NCBI GenBank assembly: GCA_001949185.1
Contig: BDGG01000010.1
Location: 1,063,773 to 1,127,772, forward strand
Reading direction: 5' to 3'
Length of the DNA stretch: 64,000 nt
DNA from: Ramazzottius varieornatus
Lineage: Eukaryota; Animalia; Tardigrada
The notes under the pieces were generated by a model. That model did not search any database and had not been told where the DNA came from. It saw nothing but the letters and a program-made list of their open reading frames with translations. The translations under genes and the position numbers were made by a program. Of the stretch, positions 1 through 14,800 are shown in pieces (the stretch's first letter is position 1; the number at the start of each line of letters is the position of its first letter).

Positions 1-168
1 AAATTCTGACTTCATGACGTCACACGACCAGTTTCTGTTCCCATACAACGTTCTTTGTGTTAAAATGCCGCCGGGCCGTGCTGCTAAGACTTTTGTCCAT
101 GCCAAGACTTAGGCCAGGCGCGTATAGTTCAGCTAGGTCATGCTTGTCTTACGCTTGTCTCTCCCCAG

Positions 169-1339
169 CTACAAGCTGAGCTGAAGCGGCTGGAGGTCCT
201 TAAAGCTCAGAACATCAAGAAGTTTATAGAGGAAGTGCGACAGGACATTCTGGAGCTGTATGAAAAATGTTTCAGCTCGGCCATGGATCGGGAAGATTTC
301 AGCAAAGAAATGTCTTCCAGTGAGAAGTTTCGTGAAATTTTCACAGTGAATTCATTCAGCAAAGCGTGAGCTGAGTGGTATTAATCAAGATGAATGTTCG
401 TAGCTCGATTGGATGAGGAACTGCTACAGAAGCACGAACAGCATTACCAACGACTTGTAGCTCACTTCGAAAAGAATGAAGACTTCTTCAAGAAGATCCG
501 AAAGCGGGAGGAAGTATGGAAGAAAAAGATGGAGATCGACGTAAGCCAGTCTGCTTTCTTTTCCCTTCACTTTCTTTGTCGGTCAACAAAGGTGCTGATC
601 TGTCATGATGATCTAGGAAAAGGAAAACGATCCTTCGCGGTTCAAGAATCGTGGTGGGCAAATGTTACAGCATCAGCAAGAGAAGGCGAAGATTGAGCAC
701 GATTTGAAGAAGGTAGGCCAAATTCAAGTTCGGGGATATGAGGTGGAAGCTCGGTAAACAAACTCTACCAGATCACACTCTCAAGCGACGCACGCTTCTA
801 GTCAGATTCACCGACAGCGTGCGCCACTCCAGCAAACGACCTGGTGAAGTACTTTTGCCGAGTTCCCAAGTGCAGACAGAACAAACTTTGGTTGACTTGA
901 ATTTCCTTATGGTACCTCAACGTTGTTTTTCGGTTTAGCTGGATGCCGAACTGGCCAAGAAGTTGGAACAGTGGCTAGCGGACCACGGTGAACCCTTCAC
1001 CATCTTCGGTAACGACTATGCTGTCTTCATCAAGCAGCAGTTTGAGGCTTACAAGATAAAACTTCAACGCGAGAAGGAAGAGCGGAAGCAGGCTAAAGAA
1101 CAGGATAACCAGCCACCAACTGGCGTACTGGGCAAACGAAAGAACGACGCGCGACAGGCCAGTGCCAACAATGGAGGAAGGCCACAGTCAAGAGTGAGTC
1201 CTCCGTTTTTCTCCTCCTGCAGATGGCAGTACAATGCTCTAATGCTTTGCTTGTTCTATAGGAAACACATGGAAGTGCCCAGATCGGCGTTGCCGGCCTG
1301 ATGGAACGCTCACCGAAGACCCAAAGACTTGGTCACTAA
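169..1339 (+). CDS. PRC1: Protein regulator of cytokinesis 1 (PRC1/MAP65/Ase1/Fascetto family), 3' exons only; the gene starts upstream of the window
   Basis: Spliced exons (~169-319, 404-540, 617-711, 939-1193, 1262-1339) translate to LQAELKRLEVLKAQNIKKFIEEVRQDILELYEKCF...DEELLQKHEQHYQRL...DPSRFKNRGGQMLQ...LEQWLADHGEPFTIFG. This matches the MAP65/PRC1 signature (DPxRFxNRGGxLL; WExxxxxxFxxxG). TAA at 1337-1339, AATAAA at ~1399. Confidence 0.88.
756..864. repeat. Palindromic dispersed repeat (GTGGCGCAC-core family), degenerate, in PRC1 intron
   Basis: aaacaaactctaccagatc...aagcgacgcacgc...gcgtgcgccact...cgacctggt; same architecture as the other copies. Confidence 0.6.
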
Positions 1340-3018
1340 AGATGGGAAGGTTTTCTGGGACTTGGATGGAAGGCCGGACAACGAAGCCTCTTCTCCCCAA
1401 TAAACTCACGTACCGATTTTCTTGTAGTGCTATCGTAAATCTTATTTGCTCTCCCTGCCACTATATTGTTTCCCTACATTATCTTTATAACGTTCCCAGT
1501 TTTTTTCGATCTGCGCTTTAAGTTAGGTTCCTTGTATCGTTTAAAACATTTCAATTTGTATCCAATGCGTTATTTCGTTTTCTGTCTTCTAGGTGCAAGG
1601 AACTTTGCATATTGTTTTGAAGATAATACCTGCTTACAAAGAATTCAAGAAGAAATCCCTTCCTGTTCTCGTAGTTTCGTAAAAGCATCAGACCTCTCAA
1701 GGCTTCGGCATAGCATGTAAGATTTCAGAGTCTATGGCGTAAGTTTTTTCTCATTGTGCAAAATAGGCCAGTGAATATTCCGGAGTAATAATAAGTCCAC
1801 TTTCTTCTGGGTTTTTTCGTAGGTGAGGGATCGAGGTATGACTTCGCCGAGAAGCTTGTAAGGTACAAAGAGTGATTGTTGGTTCTTCTCGCCGTAAAGC
1901 TTACGATTGGTCATTTCGGTGTGTTTTTACTACGCAGGACTGACCGCGTTATTCTGTTCGCCCAGCTCGGCCATTGGAATGGCTGATCAGTTCTGTTGGA
2001 CCGCATCTTTTGCGGGCTTTACGCATAAGAAGTAGTGGCAAGTAGGCATTGTTGTGTGTCGTTGTGTAGTCCGCAGAGCTAGCTGTGTGTGCCGTATATG
2101 GAAACTGCTGAAGGTGCTTTGATCATACAGTGATCTTTCGATGGCTGACTACCTTTCTTCGTGCCGTTGCACACACGAAGAAAACACGCACATAGTCAAT
2201 CGCCTATACGTACCACGGTGACTAGTGTCCGCGGTACCGTAACGAGGCGGCATAATTACCTTCTCTTTTGCCTGCTTTCTGTGATGATGAAAGACGCAAA
2301 AGTCTGGCTGGCTACTCAACTGCTTCTCAGCTGACCCGCCCAGTAGAATATTTCAGAAAATAATCACAAAGTGGCGGAGGCGGAGAAGTGAGTGTTGTTG
2401 GTGCAGCTAGAAGTTCCTGGTTCCCTTTATACCTCACCGGCGTTACCTGTTTGTTTTGCTCATCTGTTTTCATTTATGACTGACGCTTCGTCGAGTGTTG
2501 CAGGCAACAAAGGCGACGCTATGGGATCATGACTTGGAAACTTTCGGCTGGGAAAAGGCTTCACTGACTTTCCTCGGAACATCACCGATGCTGAATTCCT
2601 CCTGAAGGACCTGGAGAAAACTGGAATACTGTGGAATATCGTCTACTTCATTGGCGAACCCGGCAAAGACTTTGGGCAGGTATGTCTTGCGTCATCTTTT
2701 TCTTTTAATAAGTAGTTGCAATTACCGGGGAGGCAATGGGAAAGGCCTGAAAGACTGCTTGATATCGCATGAGGAAATCTCGAACCGGTATGTAATCAAT
2801 ATCGACTTTTAGAGCTGGGCCAATACCAACAACAAGGGAAGGGCAGCCTTTCGGATGACAGTTCTCGGCAAAACGCAGCACGAACTCTGGTTAATGGAAC
2901 AATATATTCCGATCTGTATCTCGATCATGAATTCGGTGTTTCATAATTATGGACGTTTTGTCAGCACGACGAACTTCCATAAACTTCACTGATAACTGCA
3001 AATAATACTACAGCACTC

Positions 3019-3117
3019 AGATCTTTTCCTAAGTGGCGCACGCATTCAGTTAACAAGAGTGAGAACGTGCGTCACTTGAGATAGCAATCTGGGTGAAATC
3101 ATTTACCGGCGTCCCAT
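3019..3117. repeat. Palindromic dispersed repeat (GTGGCGCAC-core family)
   Basis: aagtggcgcacgc...acgtgcgtcactt...ggcgtcccat. Confidence 0.7.
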
Positions 3118-3231
3118 ATTGGATGGAAACCAGGAACCAGTAGAGAGTTCGAAATACTTATACAGATGAAATATACTGCAGCTGGCCTTTCACAAGACTG
3201 TGGTCGGGGAGTTTGGATGCGACGAGTCTTA

Positions 3232-3385
3232 CTGTAGTGGTACCAAATTATCGCGCACTGAACCACGTGACGAGTCATCGCTGCCCAGCGTGATCAGATG
3301 TTATTGGTTTAGCCTCGCTGACTCTCACCCGGGCATCATTTACTGTTCACGTGGTTGCGTGCGCGATAATTTGGTAGCACTACAG
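3232..3385. mobile_element. Tc1/mariner-type MITE, 154 bp, TA target-site duplication
   Basis: TA|ctgtagtggtaccaaattatcgcgcac...gtgcgcgataatttggtagcactacag|TA. The ~39-bp imperfect TIRs extend to aaccacgtga/tcacgtggtt. A near-identical inverted copy lies at 24068-24223. Confidence 0.88.
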
Positions 3386-5214
3386 TAGTTGAACTTCCAA
3401 TCCGTCGACCCCTCTTTCGGTAGTTTAGTCAGGTTGTCTGCTCGAAGATGAGTCAGTCGCGAAAAAAATTATAATCGAGGCTGCGGAACTTATTATATTG
3501 TAGTTTTTTGGTCACGGCTTGATGCTTCGACAGACGAGACTGCCATTTTTATGACTCACCTGACAGTTCGGTGATTGAACGAAAGTTCTCTTTTCAGAGT
3601 TAAGAACCCGCATTGCACTCTACCTGTTTCGTCCGGTGGTTCTTGGCCAAAGGAATAGTCTGATTTCTTCAAGTCTAATCAAGGTAGCGAGAAGATGTAC
3701 CGATATGCAATGTAGCAAAGGGATTATGGCAAAGAGCGTGGGCTAGACACTTTTGACGCCGGGGGTAATTGCTGGCCTCAATGAAGTCTTTGCCGAGGTG
3801 AACGGTTTTGCATAAATTATGGAAAGCGATGGTCGCTTGCGAACTGCCACTCTGCAGTTCGCAACTTCGCATGCAGGAACCTGCCGTTGAATACGGAAGG
3901 TTAAGGGCCTCGACGGGGTGTCGCTCTAAACGATGCGTTAATTTCGACCAAAATGTGTATTCTCGTCAATGCTTGACGACGTCTGCTTAGATAAACAACC
4001 CAACAGTTCATCAAGACGATAAGTCAAAAGCCACATGGTCAAATTTGCAATGATGATTCGATCTACAGCTCCGATTTTCTGTATTGACAACTTCCGCGAG
4101 ACAGCGTTACCTGTTATTTTTTACTCGAAATCTTATAATGTTATCTGGTTCAAAATGTTTCGTTTAATGATCTGAATTATGAGTTGATCACAAAAGATAA
4201 TCAAGAATAGATTTTCTGGTTCTTGTCTTTTCTTGTAAACGAAAGTGCGCGGCGTGACCTTTCTTGTCCTACTGCATATACGTGGCGGTCATATACTGAA
4301 GGGTTGACCTAAAGAAATTATATTGCGGTGTAGAGTTTGATTGCTACGACCGGTGAGACGGGGATCTTCAAAGTTTGTTTTGCGATTAAATGCTTCTTTT
4401 TGTCGACATCGAACATGTCTGCAGTGGTTGTAAAGTTGAGGAGAATAACACCGGCAAAAACTCGAAGGCGCACTGGAACGTGACGGTTGTTCACTCTGCG
4501 TAACCTTGATAGGGCCGTTTAATTGAAATCGATGCGTAAACTTTCTTCGACTGGTCATGCCCTAATTTCTTGCTTCTTCTCGCCCCCACAAAAAACCCTC
4601 ACTTTTCTCTAAGTCGTTAATTGTTTCATTCAAAAAGGCAGCAAACAGCAACAATTAAGGGCGGGCCTTTTTGATGCTTTTATACAGTGTAGACACGTGC
4701 CGCGGAAATCTCATGTTGGCTTTATCGTTTTCGACAAATGCAGTACGAGTACCACCATTTCAGTTTTCGTTCTGTGTTTAGTAAAATTCTGGTAGTCCTG
4801 GTCCTAACTGCCAATTCGCTTAGGGATTTTCATGTGGGTTGCTCTAACCGCTCCTTGCAGAATGCAGCGGCTTTTTCCAACTTTTCTGTTATATTGATAT
4901 GAGTTTTTGACGTGGTATTCTCAGCTCCGAAAGTCCGTATGTCTCATCATGCAAAACTTATATAGGCGTTTATACAATTTTCTGCCATGGTTCGCATCGT
5001 AAAGTGTGGTTCGACCGTTCAAGTTCCGCACAACGACGGCAACAGGTGGATATGAATAACTTCCGAAATGACTAGCAAGGTTTCTTCTTATCGAATTTAC
5101 GGCATGGCTAGCAGGATGAACCTGAAAGGTCCCTGGTCCACTCTGTACGAACTGTAGGTGCAGGAGTTCTTCACACACGTCTCCCACTGGCCACGAACCC
5201 AACGCAATACTGTA

Positions 5215-5331
5215 ATGGGACCTGGAAAAATGAGCTGAACCAGATCGTTATTTCCAGTGGCGCACGTTTTTAGTGTTACTGGTTGGAAGTATGCGCTACT
5301 TGGGAGAACGATCTGGTTCGCATCATTTTTT
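5215..5331. repeat. Palindromic dispersed repeat (GTGGCGCAC-core family)
   Basis: atgggacctggaaaaatgagctgaaccagatcgtt...agtggcgcac...atgcgctactt...aacgatctggttcgcatcattttt; arms of ~40 bp. Confidence 0.75.
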
Positions 5332-5827
5332 CATAACTCTGCATTTCTATCCGCACTAGACAGATGCTTTGGACTGAGTTTCACTGATTCGTGAACGAGC
5401 AGAACAGTATATCCGGGCAAAACCTAGACAGGAGCTTGCGATATTACAGGGCGTGAGCAGTCATAAAAACCGGAATTTAATGGCTGCATAATAGGTGGGT
5501 TACAAACTGGCGATTATTTTAGCGTACGAGTATTTCTGGCCCAGACATCGTTTTTAACAAGGCAACTCATTAATATTGATAATTGTTATGCGTCAGAATT
5601 TTGCCTTCCTCGGAGAAGCCGTACATTAGAACAATCATTACTTCCGCTGAACATTTATGATTGCAAAGCTTTTCTTTTGTTGAGCGGCTGGCTTTTTTAG
5701 GTCAACAAAACAGCGTCATGTAGCTCTTTATGATAGTCACCATTTTGACAGATGGTTACCATGAAGTAACAGGGGGCATATTTGGCCAGCGAATTAACGC
5801 TTCCTTTCTTTCTTCTTGCAGAAGAGC

Positions 5828-8800
5828 ATGAGGCCACCCAAACTGGTTCCGCCCGACACAAGCATGTCTCGGAGTGTCCTGGCTTGCTGGATCCTCATGC
5901 TGATCTCCTTTTCTCCTGTAAGTTTCCGAATCTTGTTCGGCCTGTTGTATCTTTGAGAAGAAAGCCTAAGCACCGGTCAAAATCCCGTAGAAAAATGGCA
6001 AAGCACGGTAGATGTGGCATGGTTTTCGACCACTTAAATTATCCGGAAGCACATCCAGGAAAATATCTCGTTCAGATTCACGAAAAACCACCATTAAACT
6101 CTAATGGGATGCGGGTCGACGAATTGAACATGATCAGTAGTGCCGTACTTGTTCCTTGTTATTGTTCGGAAGTGTGCGCCACTTGGTAAAGCGCTCATGT
6201 TCAGGTCGTTTGTTGGGGTCCAACATGACTTATTTCATTAGCACAAAAATCTGTTTGTGCGATGAAGTGTCGAGCCAGTCGAGAAGGTCTCTGACCCGGC
6301 TTTTCTTCGACAGGCGTTTGCAAGACAGCGGAAGGACTTGCCGCGGTCCGTTGTGCCTGCCTCATATGCATACGGCTCTTCATACCCCATAAAGCTGCCC
6401 AAGAGTTCGCGGGAGATATTTGTTGTTAATTTCGAGCTGGGATTTTTTGCGTGCCAATTGAATGTCTCTTCGGACTTCCTTGAGGTCTACAGTCTTTCTC
6501 GGTTGTGTGACGGAACTCGTGACTGCTTTAGCGGGACGGACGAGAACCGTGACTATGTTCCTTGTTCGAGTAAGTGAAATTCTTTCAATAGAATACTTTT
6601 AGATTCTGAAATCTGTGAGCCGGAACGTGTGATAACAGACAGAGACAGTCTTACACCGTATACTGATGCGTTTCCTCCTTTTTCCTAATTAAAGGTGAAT
6701 GTTCGTCCAAATGTGCACATGGTGTTTGCTTAGCCTCGTCAACCAAATCCGAATGCTTCTGCGATGATGGATACTCGTCGTGCGATTGCTCGACGCCAGG
6801 TAAGAATGCTTCACCCGTCGTGCTTATGACGACGCCCCTTAAAACACAATAGATATCATCATTGGCATAATCGCTATCACAAGGTCAACTACTTTCTCTC
6901 GTAAACTGTTCAAAGACTTTCTCGACCTTTCCGAATTTGAATTAAAAAAGACAGGTGAAAATTCCAGAAAATTAGCCAGGAAGTTCAACTATTGATGTGC
7001 GTGTCTTTTAGCCGTCAACGAATGCAAATATCGGCCCTGTGATATTTTCGCCAAATGCACCAACACCCTCGACTCGTACTACTGTACTTGCCTTCCGGGT
7101 TTTGCCGGTGATGGAAAAACATGCACAGGTATAAAGTCTTCCGATGTCCTTACAGCTAGTCGGAGTTTTCCATCCTTAAAAGTCCATTATCATCCTTTTT
7201 CCAGATATCGATGAATGTGCGAACCCTCAGACGGCTTCAACGTGTGTGGCGAATGCCGAATGTTGCAATGTTCCCGGAAGTTACTTATGTCGATGCTTGC
7301 CGGGCTTCCGCGGAGACGGCCGACAACAATGTGTTGGTAAGTTTTGGGGCATTTCATGCAGATGACAGAGATATGAGCGCAGTTGAACCATTGATTTTGT
7401 AATTTCTGTCTGTAGATATCAACGAGTGCGTGGAAGGAAATCCTTGTCCGTCGGGCTCGCAGTGCCAGAACACAGCCGGAAGTTACACTTGCAGTTGCCT
7501 ACTTGGATTTACCTTTGACACAAGGAAAGGCCAATGCGTTGGTAAGCTTCAGATTCACTTATCTGAAACCCTCGCTCAAACCCAGCACGGTAGTATTACT
7601 GTTGTAGACATCAACGAATGTATTGTCGTTGGTTGTGCGGCTGGAGCCATGTGTAAGAACTACGACGGTGGCTACGACTGCTCATGTCAAGATGCTTCCG
7701 TCGACGCTTACGATACTCGAGCGGCTTGCAACGCTAGGGAGATTGCTCCGTATCCCAGATCGACCTTCCCCTCATGTAAGTTGTCAATTTCTCTACCAAG
7801 TCTGCGTTGTGTCTTTTTCATGGCAGTATTTAAATTAATTTCGCTCTTCTATCCTGTAGACAATGATGCCTGCCTTTGCGGACCTGGAGCCATTTGCGTC
7901 ATGCGAGGTCTCCAAACGCAATGCATCTGTCCCCCGGGAACCTTCGGTGAACCCTCCAACCAGAGAACCGGCTGTATTCCCAGTGAGCTTTTACCAAAAA
8001 CTTATAAACGGAATCTGACCACATCATAGCCTTCAACGAATAATAAGCTTTTCATCGTAGGTTATCCTGTTGTCTGTAACCCAAGCGTCTGTACCGGCAA
8101 CGCAGTCTGTCAAGGCATGCAGTGCGTGTGTGCTTTGGGATTCCAAGGAACGCCACCAAACTGCGTGGATATTAATGAATGCGCGGACACACCTTGTGCC
8201 GCCAACGCTCAGTGCCTAAACACACCTGGTAGCTACCGATGTCAGTGTCCGGGAAACCTCCGCGCCAAGAACCCTTTCAACCCACAAGATGGCTGTATCG
8301 GGGCATGCGAAATGAAGAAGTGTGGGCGTGGAGCGCTCTGTGTGGAACGTCAACCTGGTATCGCCTACTGTCAATGCCCAGCTGGTTACGCTGGAATACC
8401 AGAAATTGAATGCTGTAAGTCTATTCACCGATATAATTATTCTGAACAAAATCATCCGTCTAACGAGTTTTGTCTTTTATCATAGTGCTTGTTGAGTGTC
8501 CGGAGAACCCGCAAGAAGTCTGTGGAAGGAATGCACTGTGTAATGTGAACGAAGGTCAACGCGTATGCAGTTGCATACCGGGTTTCCGAGGAAGTCCACC
8601 GAACCAACAATGCATCGGTGAGGCAAACAATCACTTCGTTCATAATTTCGTTAGGCTCTCCAGGTTTACCGAATACGAGGTTGTTTCTAGATATCAACGA
8701 ATGTGTGGAAAATCCTTGCGCGAAAGGAGCCAACTGCGCGAACACCATCGGAAGTTACACTTGCACATGTCCGGCTAACACGATTATAGGGAATGCCTAT

Positions 8801-11800
8801 AGCCGACGAGACAGCTGCCGAAGTAAGGCTCTGATTTTCACTTCCAAGAAAATTTCAGCTTGGCTCTGTGGACTTGTTTCTTCTGGATCATTCATGTTGC
8901 TTATGAAGCTCTATTTTTCAGCTTGCCCGGACGGTTCTTCCCCCATCAGTGCGACGCAGTGTGGAAGAGTCAGCGAATGTCTCGTTGGAGCTCCATGCGG
9001 ACCGAACGGCCAGTGTGTGGACACTGATGACGGCCATGTTTGCCAATGTCAACCAGGCTTCACCACGATCAATGGGCGTTGCGTCGGTAAGAAACCTAGT
9101 CAACTCTCTTCGATTTTCAACTAGGCGACAGTTGGTTAAGATTATTCTTATTCTGGTTAGATATTAATGAGTGCGCGAACAAGCCTTGCGCACAAGGAGC
9201 CGTCTGCGAAAACAGTCCCGGAAGTTACTCCTGCCGTTGTCCAAATGGATTCTCGAACAAGCTAGCTTTCGACCGCACCTCAACCTGCTCCCGAGAAACT
9301 ATTACTGTCGTCGACACTGGAACTCCCTGCGATGACTGGACTTGCTGGAAAGCTGGGTCCTGCACGTTCGACAAAGGAGACGACTCTTGCTACTGCAAGG
9401 ATGGGTTCGACGGCACACCCGACACCAGCTGCGGTAAGTTCAGCGGGATACAGACGTTGTAAGATTAGATGAAATAATTTCACTGATTAATTGTTGAACT
9501 TGGCAGTGCCTCAACGGGTGGTACTCCCTCCTACTCCACCTCTTACTGTCGTTACCTATCCTCCGCCCGAGATTGACAAGAGCGTCATTTGTCTGTATGA
9601 CCGATGTCGATGCGCACCAGGCTTTCAAGGACGCCCGCCGAACTGCGCTCGTAAGATTACCAGGAAGTCACAGTATGCCGATTGAACTCAATGCACGTCT
9701 TTTTTTATAGGTATCAACGAGTGCGTAGAGAACCCTTGTCGGCCAGGAACTTGCTCTGTGGCTTCTCCCGGCAAGATCGTCTGTACCTGTCCTCGGGGCT
9801 ATGAGTCGCAGAATGGTCGCTGTGTTAGTGTCAACGAGTGCGCCTCGTCAAGATCACCTTGCGCTCCCGGTAGCTGTATCCCTACCCCAGGCTCTTACAA
9901 GTGCGTCTGTCCGAACAACTACAAGAGCATTAACGGGAAGTGCGTGGAAGTTAACGAGTGTCAGGATAACCCGGACGTCTGCTCTCCCGGAAACTGCATC
10001 TCTCAATCGGGAACCTATCGGTGCGAATGTCCGGCTGGATTCTACTTCACTGACGGAATATGTGGCGGTAAGTTCAGTTGAGTTGAGAGATGGTTCAACA
10101 CACCACATCTCAAAATTGAATTTCATACACCTGCATACATGTTACTGCTTGGATAAAGTGATAAAATGTATGGAGGTACTTGACGAGTTGGGATAAATTT
10201 TTCATGTCGATCATGTACTTGCGTACGCAAGTGCACTGCTATCTGTATGCCGATCCGTGAAAGTCCTGGTCATCTTGACTCATTCTTGTTCTTATTTGTT
10301 CCAGATGTGAACGAATGCTCATTCAATCCGTGTACGCCCGGTACCTGCAACAACCTGGTCGGGTCCTACGAATGTGCCTGTCCCAGAGGATACAGTCAAG
10401 TCAGCGGTCAGTGCGTCTCGGTGGACCTTTGCGCAGTCAACCCTTGTGGACCCAGCGGAGTCTGCGTCGGTAAACCCGGAGGTTACCAATGTGCCTGTAT
10501 CAACGGTTACAGTTTTGACGGGAATACCTGCGTCGACGTCAACGAATGCATCGAAAACCCCAACCTATGCCAACCAGGAACCTGCATGAACACCGAAGGC
10601 TCGTATGTTTGCAAATGCCCACGAGGTTTCACTTTCCGAGATGGCGGCTGCAACGGTAAGAGCGAGATAACTCTATCAAATTAGCCCAGCTGTGAAACAA
10701 ACTCGATTAAATCGTTTTCCAGAGTGGCGCATATTCTCAGTGATATCGGCTGAAAGTGTGCGCCGCTTGGGAAACAACCTTGTCGAGTTTGTCTAGCAAG
10801 TTCCCTTGTATTTGTTCTTTATTCTGAAAGTTTCTTGTCGCCTTTTTTGACTGATACCTTGACGTGTTCTGGTTTCTCTTGCAGACATCAACGAATGCGT
10901 TGTCGCTCGTCCATGCGGCATCGGTATGCGCGACTGCGCCAACACAATCGGCTCTTATAGGTGTTCGTGCAAGACTGGCTACCAGTTCAATGGCGTCTCC
11001 TGTGTTGACATCAACGAGTGTTCCATGTCACCGGACGTGTGCCAGCCGGGATTCTGTCGTAACACCGAAGGGTCATACATCTGCCTCTGTCCTGCTGGGT
11101 ACGAGTATTCGGTGTCGAAGGGAGCTTGTGTGGATGTGAACGAGTGTATGCAGCAACCTTGTGCCAAGAACGCGTTGTGTCAGAATACTATCGGCAGCTA
11201 CGAATGCCGATGTCCACCGGAGTTCAAAGTCGGAAGTGCCTTCGATAGCGCTGACGTCTGCTTACGAAGTATGTAAATTTGTCCTGCGCATACCACATCA
11301 ATACTGAAAAGCAGATTAACGAGCAGAAGCTTTGATCGGGCTTTGTGGAACACATGAAAATGCAGGGTGGGTGGGATGGTAAAAAGTCCGAGTCCAGCGA
11401 AGCGCAGTTTCGATGCGAGAAAAACGTAAACCAACTTGAGGAAAGCTTGTCACAAAAGTTGAATAAAGCCACCACTTTTAATGTTTCAACAAAGCCAAAA
11501 TTTCTAATATCTATCAATATTCAAAGTGAAAAGAGATGCTACTTTGAGTATTCACTACGGTTTCCATTCCTTTTTAGTTAACGCATGTGAGACAATGCAA
11601 TGCCCGGATCATTCCGTCTGCATCCTAGACACCAACGTTCCACGCTGCATCTGCGCTGACGGTTTCATCGGCACACCTGGAAACTGCCGCCCATCCCGGT
11701 GCCAGATGATCACCTGTGGCCAGTACTCCACCTGTCTTCCCGTCTCCGAAGGTGGCGTTGCCTGCATGTGCAACGAAGGTTTCCGCCTGATTATGAACGC

Positions 11801-14800
11801 CAATAACGCTGCCGTCTGCGTCGACATCAACGAGTGCGCCGACACACCCAACATCTGTGCGAACGGCCAGTGCCAGAACACGCTCGGGTCCTACCAATGC
11901 TCCTGCCGACCAGGCTTCACCTTCAACGGTGTCAGTTGTCAGGACATTGATGAATGTTCGATGCCGGATACTTGCTCGAACGTTCCCGGGTCGCTGTGTT
12001 TGAATACGCTAGGGAGCTTTGAGTGTAGGTGTCCGACAGGGTTGGTGTTGCAGAATGGCCAGTGCTCCTTCCTGAAGATGTGCGAGCAGTCTTCACCGTG
12101 TGGGAATGGCCAGTGTATGGATGTCCCGCAAAGTTACAGGTGTTCATGCCCGAATGGCTTCCAGTTCGTCAACGGAACGTGTGTGGCGGTTAACCAGTGC
12201 GTCCTTCTGAATCCTTGTGGACCCGGAGCGACTTGTCAAGATTTGGGAGGAAGATACACGTGCTTCTGTCCGAAAGGCTTCGCTTTTGATGATCTAACCT
12301 GCGTCGGTAAGACCTTCCGCTACGTTTTCATAGTTGAGAAAATTATTTGAGCGCCTGGCAGGATTGTTTTCTGAGTTGGCGCACGCTGTCAGCCAATAAT
12401 ACTGGTAGCATCCGCCACTTTAGACGACAATCCTGTCAAGTTCAGCTCTCACATGTTACAATGGGTCTTCTTGGCTTTGTAGATGTGAATGAGTGCGTGA
12501 GGAATCCATGCGGTATCGGTGCTCGTGAGTGCATCAACACCAAGGGAAGTTACTCTTGCACGTGTCGGCCTGGGTACAGATTCAACGGTAGGACCTGCGA
12601 AGACATCAATGAATGTGTGGGACCGGTCAACCCTTGCGAGCCTGGACAGTGCGTCAACCTACCCGGAAGTTTCTCTTGCGCGTGTCCTGCTGGCTATGAG
12701 CAGATGAACGGACAAGAATGCATTCGTAAGGATTTCCACTTCGAAAGGTTTATCGAAAGCAAAGAAGGAAACACGATTGATTTTGTTGTTGTAGGAATCA
12801 ATCAATGCATCTACAACCCTTGTACCATCGGAACTTGCATGGAAGATATGGTTGGAGGATACACTTGTCAATGTCCACTGGGTTACGAGTTCACCAACGG
12901 CATGTGTGAAGACATCAACGAATGCCTCGAAGCACCGGATCTGTGCTCACCTGGGGCTTGCATCAACACCGTGGGCAGCTTTCAATGCCGATGTCCCAAA
13001 GGCTTCCAACAGGTCAATTTCTTTGCCTTGCTTTGAGTTCTAGTTTATTCGAAAACTTACTTTGGTTTCTCTAAGATCTCATTTCAATTAGACTTAATTT
13101 CTCGTTTCATCCGATATACGCAACACCACTCTGTGACTTCCTCAAGAAATCTTTTGAGTGTATTTTTATGTTTGGTTTTCTTCCTCAGCTCCATGGAACA
13201 TGCGTGGCGATCAGCCATTGCACAATTCCGGGTATCTGCGGTGTCGGTATCTCCGGCGCAGTCTGCACGGACCTCCTCGATGGAAGCTTTCAGTGTTCCT
13301 GTCCCATCGGGTATTCCAGTACCCGCGGTTCCGCTTGTGTCTCCGTGAACGAATGCGCTGACAACCCATGCACACCCGGCACATGCTCCAACCAGCCCGG
13401 TGGTTATTCGTGCGCCTGTCCACCTGGGTACGAGTCTCAGAACGGCCGCTGTACCGCAGTGGGATGTGAACGCGCAGCCTGCTCACCCAACTCTCGCTGT
13501 CTCATCAACGAACGCTCCGAAATCTCCTGTCAATGCGCTTTCGGCTTCCGTGAATCCAACGGAGGTTGCGTGGCTGTGAATGAGTGTACGGACCGCGGAC
13601 GCAACCCTTGTGGGGAAGCCGGAAAGTGTTTGGCGGCAGACGGAGGCTATGACTGCCTCTGTCCACAAGGATTCCAGAAAGTGGGGTATCCTCCACAGTG
13701 TGTGGACGTGGATGAGTGTGCTCTGTATAATCCTTGCCTGGTCGGTACCTGTCTCAACACGATCGGTGGTTACACATGTACTTGTCCAGCCGGGTACCAG
13801 TTTGATCGTGGTCATTGCGTGGATGTGAATGAGTGCGCGGGGCCGAATCCGCCGTGTTCGCCGGGTCAGTGCCGGAATCTGGAGGGAGCGTATGAGTGTT
13901 ACTGTCCACCAGGATATGAGAAACAGAATGGACAGTGTGTGGACGTAAAGGAGTGCGCGATTTCCAATCCATGTCTACCGGGACAGTGTCAAGATATCCC
14001 CGGCGGATATCGGTGCGCTTGTCCGAAAGGCTGGATGGCGAGTAGTAATGCGGGAAATTGCACGGAGATCAACGAGTGTATTCCGGTAAATCCTTGTGGA
14101 CAGGGAACTTGTAGGAAACAAGTTGGAGCGTATACTTGTGATTGCTTGCCGGGATATCAGTTCCTGAGTGGAAGATGTGTCGGTCAGTAAACTGTCCATT
14201 CTGAAAAAATTAATGAAAGAAAAAATCCGTACGCAGAAAAACAATTTGAGCTCCATTATAATTTACCTTAATTTTATTTTATTTTGTCGCCACCTTCATT
14301 TATGGTGGTACACGTTACCCTTTCTAACAGCATGGCTTTTTCCTGCAGACATTAACGAATGTTCCGAAGGACGTAACCTTTGCATTCTCGGTAAATGCAT
14401 CAACACCGACGGGGCATATTCTTGCGTCTGTCCAAGAGGTTATTTCTTCAACGGAAGGTTCTGTGAAGACCGTAACGAGTGCGTGGAGTTCCTCGGAGAC
14501 CTCTGCCCAGGTGGCGGCACTTGTGTGAACAGTCCCGGTAGCTACCGCTGCGTCTGCCCACCCGGACTAGACTTGGTCGACGGAAGATGTATCAGCCTGA
14601 ACACTTGCGAGTACGTGCCTTGTGGCATCAAGTCCTTACCTTGCCGAGATGCCCCAGAAGGACCGGTATGCGTGTGTCCACCCGGGTACTACGGCGACGC
14701 TAGGATTGCTTGTGCACCGATACCGTCTTGTGAGTCTATGCGAGACTGTGGACCGCATGCTGACTGCTCCATCCAGATGAACGGAAACTCGTGGAAGGTT

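Noticed and set aside
1560-2049. Minus-strand protein-like frame (MPTCHYFLCVKP...MTNRKLYGEKNQQSLFVPYKLLGEV...) with several stops
   Set aside because: No recognisable motif. It could be a decayed gene or transposon, but I cannot support a call.
2504-2679. Exon-like segment (cag|...|gtatgt) reading KGFTDFPRNITDAEFLLKDLEKTGILWNIVYFIGEPG
   Set aside because: All three frames contain a stop and there is no family match; possibly a non-coding or pseudo-exon.
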